Below are positions 45,810 to 52,759 of a stretch of 64,000 bases of DNA, in pieces. The notes beneath the pieces are model-generated. The model was not told where the DNA came from and searched no databases. It was given only the letters and a program-made list of their open reading frames with translations. The stretch is from the NCBI GenBank assembly GCA_035577805.1, contig DATLUX010000650.1:16943-80942 (forward strand), written 5' to 3'. Each line of letters starts with the position of its first letter. Within the stretch, counting starts at the first letter, position 1. The position numbers were made by a program, and so were the translations under genes. The DNA is from Verrucomicrobiia bacterium (GTDB lineage Bacteria; Verrucomicrobiota; Verrucomicrobiia; Limisphaerales; JADJPG01).

Positions 45810-45983
45810 TCAGTCTTTTGCGCGGCGCACAATCTTTGTGGTGTCGCGCACGCGCCCGGTGCGCCCCCAACTGTCCGCCTCATCATTCGCAAGTCGCCGA
45901 GCTTCGGTCGGGTCACGCGCCTCGATCTCGCACGAGGTTTCGTATTCGACCCATTCCTTCATTTCGACAACGTATTTGGGCAT
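45810..45983 (-). CDS. Cassette gene, hypothetical (57 aa, not in ORF track)
   Basis: MPKYVVEMKEWVEYETSCEIEA...; fits exactly between two repeats. Confidence 0.6.
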   Translation of the reverse strand: MPKYVVEMKEWVEYETSCEIEARDPTEARRLANDEADSWGRTGRVRDTTKIVRRAKD

Positions 45984-46004
45984 CGAGACTTCCGTTTGGA
46001 TCTC

Positions 46005-46262
46005 TCAATCTGCGTCCGACCATGGGCGCACATATTTCCATCCTTCTTTCAGCATGTCGCCGGCCGTCCAGTCAGAATCGGGCTGATCTAATTCATCAAC
46101 CGCCCACCAACGATCTTCTCCGAACAGTTTGCTCCAACCGTGGAAATAGAGGCCTGGCTCAGTTTGAGTGGTGGGATGCCGCAACAACCAATGTAACCCG
46201 CGCTGCGCGTCTTCAAACGGGTTTGATGTTGATATAATCGATGTTCTTTGGGCATGTGGCAC
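46005..46262 (-). CDS. Cassette gene, Trp-rich hypothetical
   Basis: GTG start after a repeat carrying GGAG; stop just before the next repeat. Confidence 0.55.
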   Translation of the reverse strand: MPHAQRTSIISTSNPFEDAQRGLHWLLRHPTTQTEPGLYFHGWSKLFGEDRWWAVDELDQPDSDWTAGDMLKEGWKYVRPWSDAD

Positions 46263-46282
46263 AATCGTTCCGCTCCGTCCGT

Positions 46283-46513
46283 TTAGGGTTGTCGTGCAGC
46301 ACAGGCGATTTGTAGCCGATTTGTCGCTGCCTTCAGCTTCTCGTCTGCCTTCATCAATTCGTCCAAAGCGCCTCCCTGTTGTTTGGCGACGCGCTCCCAT
46401 TCGCGGGCGCGATATTCCGCGCCGTCGGCACGCTCCCATTGAACAAACAGGACGCAAGAGAGAGCCACGCAGAACGGCAGAAAAGCGAACGGGGCGAGAT
46501 GTTTCAAGGCCAT
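46283..46513 (-). CDS. Cassette gene, TM plus coiled coil
   Basis: Stop TAA lies inside the repeat CAACCCTAAACGGAC. Confidence 0.6.
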   Translation of the reverse strand: MALKHLAPFAFLPFCVALSCVLFVQWERADGAEYRAREWERVAKQQGGALDELMKADEKLKAATNRLQIACAARQP

Positions 46514-46521
46514 TTGTCCGT

Positions 46522-46710
46522 TTAGGGTTGTATCATTGAGGCAGGCAACAGCGGAGACTTCGCCCGCATCATGTCATCGATCTGACGGGTGATCAGATAG
46601 CTGGCGACGTCATTGGTCGTGAGACCGAACAGTCCGGTTTTTCGCATAGCTTCCAGGCAATCGATTAAGGGATCCGGCAAGGTGACGTCGATCGTCTCGT
46701 GATGGGCCAT
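46522..46710 (-). CDS. Cassette gene, ribbon-helix-helix-like
   Basis: IDVTLP......LE...KTGLFG....VA; stop inside the repeat. Confidence 0.6.
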   Translation of the reverse strand: MAHHETIDVTLPDPLIDCLEAMRKTGLFGLTTNDVASYLITRQIDDMMRAKSPLLPASMIQP

Positions 46711-46730
46711 TCGCTCCGTCCGTTTGGTAC

Positions 46731-46994
46731 TCAGTGTTTCCAGCCGTGCGTGCACCAGCAATATCCCGCTGCTCCCGCGACGATCTGCGGGAACTGCGCC
46801 AGGATGGCGTCGGCCTTCTTTGGAGAGAGGCGCACGGTCACCCTGGCATTCCCCACAATCTGGATATTGCCGCGGCCCAGCATCGGCGCCAGTCGGTCAG
46901 TCGCATCGCGCACGGCTTGTTCCTCGGCGCTGCCCATATCAACTAGGATGTGCTTGCCACCCATGCCGTTTTGTAGCCAGAAACTTTGCACCAT
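46731..46994 (-). CDS. Cassette gene, hypothetical
   Basis: 87-aa ORF bounded by repeats. Confidence 0.6.
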   Translation of the reverse strand: MVQSFWLQNGMGGKHILVDMGSAEEQAVRDATDRLAPMLGRGNIQIVGNARVTVRLSPKKADAILAQFPQIVAGAAGYCWCTHGWKH

Positions 46995-47014
46995 CGCATT
47001 TCTCCGTTTGGTGT

Positions 47015-47329
47015 TTAGGTTGCGCGATTGGTGATCCAGGACGCCAGATCGTTTGCTCCGCCATGCATTTCAGCCGGGCCTCGGGGGCCTTCCAGAAGGA
47101 AGTAGATAGTGTCTGACCCATTGGCATACCGACATTCGACCGCCCATCCTGAACTGGATGTGCTCGTGACGATCGGCCGCAAGTCCTGAATAGTGTCGGC
47201 ATTAAAGAAAATTCGATGCGGGTGAATGCCGTGTCCACAGCATGACTCGAAGGTCATGATACCCGGTAGACAGTTGAGTGCATCACAGAGGGCGATGCAC
47301 TCCCGATCAATGTCTGGCGGGTATTTCAT
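47015..47329 (-). CDS. Cassette gene, hypothetical (ESCCGH motif)
   Basis: ID.EC..LC.ALN..PGI.TFESCCGHG; bounded by repeats. Confidence 0.65.
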   Translation of the reverse strand: MKYPPDIDRECIALCDALNCLPGIMTFESCCGHGIHPHRIFFNADTIQDLRPIVTSTSSSGWAVECRYANGSDTIYFLLEGPRGPAEMHGGANDLASWITNRAT

Positions 47330-47555
47330 TGCATTTGTCCGTTTGGTTACACGCAAAAAATCGTCGCGCCCGAACGTCATCGCCCGCACTGAGCCATTAA
47401 CGCCGGTTCCTGCCTCCAGATCGGACGCGCGACGCGCCCCACAGCTACCCCGGCAGTCGGGGTCGGACGGGTTACTCGGCTTGCCGTCCGCATGACCAGA
47501 TTTTTGAGGATGGAGCGCATCACGCCCGAGGGCCAAAGGTCGTCATTTTCGATTG

Positions 47556-47589
47556 TCCGTATCGTTGACTTATTGCGAAATCGGACATA
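47556..47589. other. res-like recombinase binding site
   Basis: TGTCCG...CGGACA inverted repeat about 50 nt upstream of the recombinase ATG. Confidence 0.55.
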
Positions 47590-47641
47590 CCGTCGCGAAA
47601 CCAACTTGTCAACCAACTATCGCCGTGATAGTGGAATTGAC

Positions 47642-48298
47642 ATGTCGAAAACGCCGTCCGAGCCCTCTGAAGAAGTCCCTCGTCGAGGCCCGACACTGCC
47701 AGACGGCTCGATCATGATCGGCTACGCGCGGGTCTCGACCGGCGACCAGGACAACCGCCGACAGAAGGATGCGCTCGAGGCGTTCGGGGTCGATCCGCGC
47801 GACATCTGGGAGGACAAGGCAAGCGGTCGCAGCATGAACCGCGCGGGCTGGCAGGGCTGCTGGAGAGACATTCGGGCCGGTGATCTGCTTGTCGTCCACT
47901 CCATCGACCGCCTTGGCCGCGACCTGATCGAGCTGGTGAGAACCGTGCGGGATCTCCATGAAAGAGGCGCGAACCTCAAAGTCCTGACTATGGACATCGA
48001 TACCCGGACAGCGACCGGACGCCTGCTTTTCAACTTCATCGCCGCCTTGGCTGAATGGGAGCGCGACCTGATTGTCGAACGTACCCGCCACGGCCTCGCT
48101 GTAGCGCGATCAATGGGGCGCCTCGGGGGCCGACGTCAACAGATCACCGACGAACAGGTCAAGCAGGCGATCTGCCGACTGCACAAGGGCGAGACATTGG
48201 AAGAGATCGCCAAGGACATGGGGTTCACCAAGCAGGGCATTTCCAAGCGGATCCGCGCTGCACAAGCGAAGGAGTCAGCCGATGGCGACAAATCCTGA
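47642..48298 (+). CDS. Small serine recombinase (resolvase/invertase family)
   Basis: IGYARVSTGDQ, EDKASG, GD.LVV.SIDRLGR, AEWER..I.ERT..GL..AR..GR.GGR, C-terminal HTH. Confidence 0.95.
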   Translation: MSKTPSEPSEEVPRRGPTLPDGSIMIGYARVSTGDQDNRRQKDALEAFGVDPRDIWEDKASGRSMNRAGWQGCWRDIRAGDLLVVHSIDRLGRDLIELVRTVRDLHERGANLKVLTMDIDTRTATGRLLFNFIAALAEWERDLIVERTRHGLAVARSMGRLGGRRQQITDEQVKQAICRLHKGETLEEIAKDMGFTKQGISKRIRAAQAKESADGDKS

Positions 48299-48482
48299 AA
48301 CAAGACCAGAGCCGAACGATCGAAGCATAATAATTGACCGCCTGGCACGTGCCCATGCGGATGCCTGTCGCACAGGCGACGAACACATGCGCCGTATCCT
48401 GGTCAGTCGCATTTGCCACCACATCCAGGCCGAGGCGATGGATCGACGGGAGCGCGAAATCCTGGGGAGAAACGAACAGTGA
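48282..48482 (+). CDS. Hypothetical protein (array gene)
   Basis: AAGGAG RBS; 66 aa. Confidence 0.55.
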   Translation: MATNPETRPEPNDRSIIIDRLARAHADACRTGDEHMRRILVSRICHHIQAEAMDRREREILGRNEQ

Positions 48483-48667
48483 GCGCAGACCAACCGAGCC
48501 GGGCGCAACTTGCCGTCGAGCGCAAGCTGGAAGTGGTCACGCTAACGATCACCTGCACCAGCCAATATGCGGCGATGGAACTCTACGATCAGGTGTGCGC
48601 CAGCGCGCGCGACGGGTATGTCGAACTGCAACTAGAGACCCGTGAAAGGAACGCCGATGCCATCTGA
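48479..48667 (+). CDS. Hypothetical protein (array gene)
   Basis: GTG start, GGAG RBS; begins MSADQPS. Confidence 0.55.
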   Translation: MSADQPSRAQLAVERKLEVVTLTITCTSQYAAMELYDQVCASARDGYVELQLETRERNADAI

Positions 48668-48887
48668 TACGAGCCGCCTGCGGCCATTCGCGGCCCTGGT
48701 CTGTGTTTTTGCCCTGCTCGGGTGCGCTCAGCGCCGCGACCGTGCCGCCGAGGTTGAGGAAATCGCCGCGGTGATCGCGGATGGTCAAAACATCCGCGAT
48801 GAGGAATTTCGGACAAGTATCTATTTCCGACCGGATTGGCGTGACCGGGCAATCGCCAGGATGATTTTGAGGAGGCTCGACCGATGA
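48657..48887 (+). CDS. Putative lipoprotein/membrane protein (array gene)
   Basis: AAAGGA RBS; hydrophobic stretch ending LLGC. Confidence 0.5.
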   Translation: MPSDTSRLRPFAALVCVFALLGCAQRRDRAAEVEEIAAVIADGQNIRDEEFRTSIYFRPDWRDRAIARMILRRLDR

Positions 48888-49111
48888 GTGAAAGCGACAA
48901 AGGCTCTAACCAACCGAGCGACCTGCCACAGCTAGAGCCTTGGCAATTTCAACCTGACAACGATTCTCCCGGTCTTTACCTTCAGTGCTCCAGCGCCGCA
49001 CAGCGCGATGCGATCATGCGTGCCTTGGGCGCTCCCGTTTGGTCTGCCCAGGAAATGAATGAAGCCGATCGGGAGGCCGCGAAGCTCGTGGAGAACATCA
49101 GATGGGAGTGA
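48884..49111 (+). CDS. Hypothetical protein (array gene)
   Basis: GAGGAGG RBS; NQPS near N-terminus. Confidence 0.55.
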   Translation: MSESDKGSNQPSDLPQLEPWQFQPDNDSPGLYLQCSSAAQRDAIMRALGAPVWSAQEMNEADREAAKLVENIRWE

Positions 49112-49344
49112 CAAATCGAACGGCACTGGCTCGCGGTTCCGTCCGCTATCACGGCGAGGTGTTCCGGCGAAGCGGAGACTTCCTCAAGATCGAAGGCGAG
49201 ACGGGAGGGTATGCGCCGATCGTGACCATCACCGTTCAAATGGACTGCGGCGAGATCAACCTCTGGCTTCAACCGGAAGAGGCGTCCGAACTCGCACGAC
49301 ACCTGACCAACGCCAAGGAGTCAATCGACCGTGCCAAACTCTGA
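49108..49344 (+). CDS. Hypothetical protein (array gene)
   Basis: GTGA overlap; L.PEEA.ELA..L motif. Confidence 0.5.
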   Translation: MTNRTALARGSVRYHGEVFRRSGDFLKIEGETGGYAPIVTITVQMDCGEINLWLQPEEASELARHLTNAKESIDRAKL

Positions 49345-49525
49345 AACGAGTAATCTTGTCCGCTTGACGGTCACAGACGGGCGCACTGAAAACTGGCGAT
49401 TCCCGGATGGAACAGTCGTGACGATGACCGTGCCGATCGATGAGCCGCCAATCACAGTGAAGCACGCCGTCTACTGCCTGTCATCCATCCTGCATCAGAC
49501 ACACCGAGCAATGGAGGACGGCTAA
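49331..49525 (+). CDS. Hypothetical protein (array gene)
   Basis: AAGGAG RBS. Confidence 0.55.
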   Translation: MPNSETSNLVRLTVTDGRTENWRFPDGTVVTMTVPIDEPPITVKHAVYCLSSILHQTHRAMEDG

Positions 49526-49779
49526 TGACCGATACAGCCAAGTGTCCGATGCCGGACGACGTTTGCGCCGATTGCGGACATCGCTGCGCGCCGCCCAAAC
49601 CAGACAACTCCATCCATTATTACAATCTGTTTATGCAAGCCAAAGCGGAGGTCGAAAGCCTGCGCCAGCAACTTGCGGCGCTGGACAAAGAATGGCGCGG
49701 CGGCTGTGCGATGAACGGTAGTTGCCGGGTCACGTTTCTGCTCGACCAAGGTGAGGCGGCAAGTGACAAACCCCATTAA
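49525..49779 (+). CDS. Hypothetical protein (array gene)
   Basis: GGAGG RBS; CADCG plus coiled coil. Confidence 0.5.
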   Translation: MTDTAKCPMPDDVCADCGHRCAPPKPDNSIHYYNLFMQAKAEVESLRQQLAALDKEWRGGCAMNGSCRVTFLLDQGEAASDKPH

Positions 49780-50050
49780 CCAACCGAGCGCGCCCGAAGA
49801 TAACCCCTTCGAGAACGGCTACCTGGCTGGCCAGCGTCGGGTCTACCTGGAAATGCTGGCGACCGCTTTGCGTGGGCTGGGGCGCGACGCGCCGGAATGG
49901 CAACTCGGCCGCTTGATCTCCGAACGAGAGGAGGCGGTAGCAACGTGCCGTCGAATTTGCGTCGAGCATGGAGACAACGATTGGCCCGATGACCTGCACC
50001 TATCGGACATCATCGAGAAGCACGTCTGGGCTGGTTGCGATGGAGGGTAA
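49763..50050 (+). CDS. Hypothetical conserved phage protein (array gene)
   Basis: GTG start; NQPS; ERE.A...R.IC.EHGDNDW.D.LHLSDIIEKH. Confidence 0.6.
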   Translation: MTNPINQPSAPEDNPFENGYLAGQRRVYLEMLATALRGLGRDAPEWQLGRLISEREEAVATCRRICVEHGDNDWPDDLHLSDIIEKHVWAGCDGG

Positions 50051-50125
50051 GACAGTGGATGGCCAAGACCAACCGAGTGCATCATGCTGAACACACTCGG
50101 CTTTACGCTGAACGACGGGCAGTAG

Positions 50126-51007
50126 ATGGTCACGACGATTTACGCTTTGCGGGACCCGCGCGAGGACCAAAATAGTCTCTTGACTATCCGGTATATCGGC
50201 AAGACCATATCGCCGCTCCACAAACGCCTCGCTGGGCATTTCACCAAGGCAGTGAACCCGAGGAGTGGGCGCTACGATCTGTGGGTAGCAAGATGGATCA
50301 GGACACTTACGGTCGATGGCGTTCGGCCAACCATCTCTGCCCTCGAACGGGCTGCGGATGATTGGGCTGAACGTGAAGCCTTCTGGATAACCTATTGTCG
50401 CGAAGCCGGTGCGATGCTCACCAACCTGACGGCCGGCGGCGAAGGAACCTACGGCAGAAAGGCAACGGAAGAACAGCGAGAGAATTGCAGGCGGGCGGCC
50501 GAGAGGCGTTGGTCTCAAGTGGATCAGCGAGAAATCGCTCGCAGGAACGCGCTGCGACAATTCTCTGATCCTGAACAGTTAGAAGCGCTGCGCCAGCGAA
50601 GCCTCAATATGTCCTCCGAAACGATCGAGAAAATCCGGGCGGCCGCAGTTGCTCAAGCTGAAGCTGCTGGAAGTGACCACATGAAGGGTATGGCGCTGGC
50701 CGCCTGGACTGACCCAGATAGCCGATCAAGGCTGTTGGCGTCCCGCAAACAGGTCGCCAGTGACCCGGAATTTCGAAAGCGGGTAGGTGAAGGTGTCTCG
50801 CTGGCATGGTCTGATCCGGATACTCGGGACCGGTTCATGGAAGGGATCAGAGGCAGGCCACCGCAGTCAAAAGCGTCCAGAGAGCAGGCTGCCGCATCCA
50901 ATCGCGGGCGGACACGGTCACCGGAAGCGCGGGCTCGCATTAGCGCTGGATGTCTTGCCCGTGAGGCAAGAAAACGTGCTTTGCACATGATGGAAAACGA
51001 ACAGTGA
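50126..51007 (+). CDS. GIY-YIG homing endonuclease with NUMOD3-like repeats
   Basis: IYALRDP...RYIGKT....KRL..H, E.FWI, LTN.T.GGEG, SPEARARIS. Confidence 0.85.
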   Translation: MVTTIYALRDPREDQNSLLTIRYIGKTISPLHKRLAGHFTKAVNPRSGRYDLWVARWIRTLTVDGVRPTISALERAADDWAEREAFWITYCREAGAMLTNLTAGGEGTYGRKATEEQRENCRRAAERRWSQVDQREIARRNALRQFSDPEQLEALRQRSLNMSSETIEKIRAAAVAQAEAAGSDHMKGMALAAWTDPDSRSRLLASRKQVASDPEFRKRVGEGVSLAWSDPDTRDRFMEGIRGRPPQSKASREQAAASNRGRTRSPEARARISAGCLAREARKRALHMMENEQ

Positions 51008-51051
51008 AGGCCACGCGGCCGACGCACGGGCTATTTTGCGTGTGATACAAA

Positions 51052-51088
51052 TGAAAAGGGCCGAGGCTTGACGCCATCGGCCTTTCAG
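51052..51088. terminator. Intergenic hairpin (possible terminator)
   Basis: TGAAAAGGGCCGA...TCGGCCTTTCA. Confidence 0.35.
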
Positions 51089-51260
51089 TAGTCTGATGAG
51101 GGCGCTCGGTTGGTTGTCCAGACCTTCCGAGCATGCTGACCGAATACACCGGTCGAACAGTTCGTGTTTGAAGGCCATAATTTATTGGCGTTTCCCACGA
51201 ATTGCAACCCCGGTCCGCAACGGTCATCAACCGTTAACCTGGACGACACAGGGGGTTACC

Positions 51261-51587
51261 GTGGGAAAGCGTAAATCCGACGAGATTTTATTGAAGCACC
51301 TGCACCGCCAGATGATGCGCCCGGGGCAAGCGCCCGGCGACGCCGCCGAATACTGGATCGTCATCAATCTGTCGCCACACAAGCAACTACACTACATGCC
51401 GCCGAGGTTTCCGTTTCGGCACCCATCGCTCGAATCCGCCATCACTGAGGCCAACCGGCTGGCTGGCGAACCCGACAAGCTCGGCTGGCGGTTCGGCGTG
51501 TTCCACTTCACCGGGATCGCCGCGAAGGTCGAGGTGGCTAAGCCGGACGAAGCGCCGGCGGTCGAGGTCGAGCAGCAAGCGGCCTGA
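51261..51587 (+). CDS. Hypothetical protein, related to 37365-37580
   Basis: FRHPSLESAITEANRLA...FGVF. Confidence 0.55.
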   Translation: MGKRKSDEILLKHLHRQMMRPGQAPGDAAEYWIVINLSPHKQLHYMPPRFPFRHPSLESAITEANRLAGEPDKLGWRFGVFHFTGIAAKVEVAKPDEAPAVEVEQQAA

Positions 51588-51590
51588 CCC

Positions 51591-52349
51591 GTGGCCGCCA
51601 ATCGTCGCTGGCTGAAGTTCTGGCCGCAGGACTGGCAGCGCGATCCTGCGCTCCGTTCTTGTGGCCTCGCGGCGCGCGGTCTCTGGATTGAGATGCTTTG
51701 TATCGCGCACGACGCGACCCCTTTTGGCCACGTCACCATCAACGGGAAGACGGCTACTCTCAGGCAACTGGCGACCATAACAGGCACTCCGGAAAGGGAG
51801 GTTTCGAGACTCCTGGCCGAACTGGAAGAAGCGGGAGTTTTCAGTAAAACAGAGGAAGGAACCATTTTCTCCCGCCGGATGCTACGCGACGAAGAAGCAG
51901 CGAAGGCTGGTAGGCAGAACGTCGAAAAGCGATGGGAAAAAGTCCGCGAGCCCAAGAAGCCAGATGTTATCCCCCCTACGCCTGACCCTATTAGGGGGGG
52001 TGATACTCTATATTCAGAAGCAGAAGCAGAAGCAGAGTCAGTCTCACTACGTTCGACTGACAGAGCGCGCACCAAGGGCACGCGCCTGGCTGACGACTGG
52101 ACGCCAGGACCGGAGGGAGCGGTCTATGCCCGAAAGCTCGGATTAAACCCGACCGCTGTTTTCACCGTGTTCCGGAATTATTGGCAGTCCAAGGCCGGGC
52201 AATCAGCGATCAAACTGAATTGGTCCCAGGTTTGGCAAAATTGGTGCATCAAAGAGGCCGAGCGAACGGGCTCTAAACCCCAAGCTACGGTTGACCTTCT
52301 AAACCCGGCTCGCCCTAGCTTTCTTCCAACTGTGTCGAACGGTCTTTGA
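51591..52349 (+). CDS. Phage replication initiator (YdaU/DUF1376-like N-terminus)
   Basis: W.KFWP.DW..DP.LR.C.LAARGLWI.MLC, GVFS....G.I.SRRM.RD; C-terminal RL.DDW.P, FRNYW, K.NW...W.NW. Confidence 0.8.
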   Translation: MAANRRWLKFWPQDWQRDPALRSCGLAARGLWIEMLCIAHDATPFGHVTINGKTATLRQLATITGTPEREVSRLLAELEEAGVFSKTEEGTIFSRRMLRDEEAAKAGRQNVEKRWEKVREPKKPDVIPPTPDPIRGGDTLYSEAEAEAESVSLRSTDRARTKGTRLADDWTPGPEGAVYARKLGLNPTAVFTVFRNYWQSKAGQSAIKLNWSQVWQNWCIKEAERTGSKPQATVDLLNPARPSFLPTVSNGL

Positions 52350-52759
52350 TGGCTATCATCGACGACTTCCGGGAAAACGTCGTGCCGCGTCTCAAAGAGG
52401 CAGCGAGGGTGCAGGCGTTCTTCGTGGCGCTGGAATTTATCGAGCCGTGGATCGCCAAGGACGAGGTCATCACTCTGGCTCGAAAGTTGGGTTCCCCTAT
52501 GCTCTCGTCGAGGGATCAAGATCGTTTGATCGACTGGATCGGAGAAACAGTCTGGCGGGAAATCGAAAAAGCTGACGATCGCGTGGCCGTGATCGAGATG
52601 CGCATGGACGCGGCGATCGCCGACAATCCAGCCCGGTTTTACGACGGTCTGGCGTCTCGTTGCTCCGATCCAGAACGGATGCGTCTGACCTTCGGCGCGA
52701 TTTCAAAACCTTACCGAGATCATCTGACCAGGGAGCGTCAACGTGCAAGAAAAGCCTGA
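52349..52759 (+). CDS. Hypothetical protein
   Basis: Coupled between initiator and helicase. Confidence 0.55.
   Translation: MAIIDDFRENVVPRLKEAARVQAFFVALEFIEPWIAKDEVITLARKLGSPMLSSRDQDRLIDWIGETVWREIEKADDRVAVIEMRMDAAIADNPARFYDGLASRCSDPERMRLTFGAISKPYRDHLTRERQRARKA

Larger units (their letters stand above)
45792..47570 (-). repeat. Direct-repeat family, core AAACGGA/ATACGGA (often CC...C), 8 copies at gene junctions
   Basis: Copies at about 45795, 45990, 46275, 46514, 46716, 47001, 47335 and 47555; plus strand reads TGTCCGTTT(A/G)G or similar. Confidence 0.8.
48489..50078 (+). repeat. Repeat ACCAACCGAG (4 exact copies) and CTGA(T/A)ACGAG (2 copies) just inside gene 5' ends
   Basis: Exact copies at 48489, 48909, 49779 and 50068; variants at 48664 and 49341; all in the same reading phase. 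Confidence 0.7.

Noticed and set aside
45792-47350. CRISPR array interpretation of the repeats
   Set aside because: Repeats are about 10-20 nt and degenerate, spacers are 200-330 bp and each holds an ORF; no cas genes
47492-48298. Serine recombinase as prophage integrase or tail-fibre invertase
   Set aside because: Only about 218 aa with no large recombinase/Zn domain; it is 16 kb from the fibre genes, and repeats within each array are direct rather than inverted
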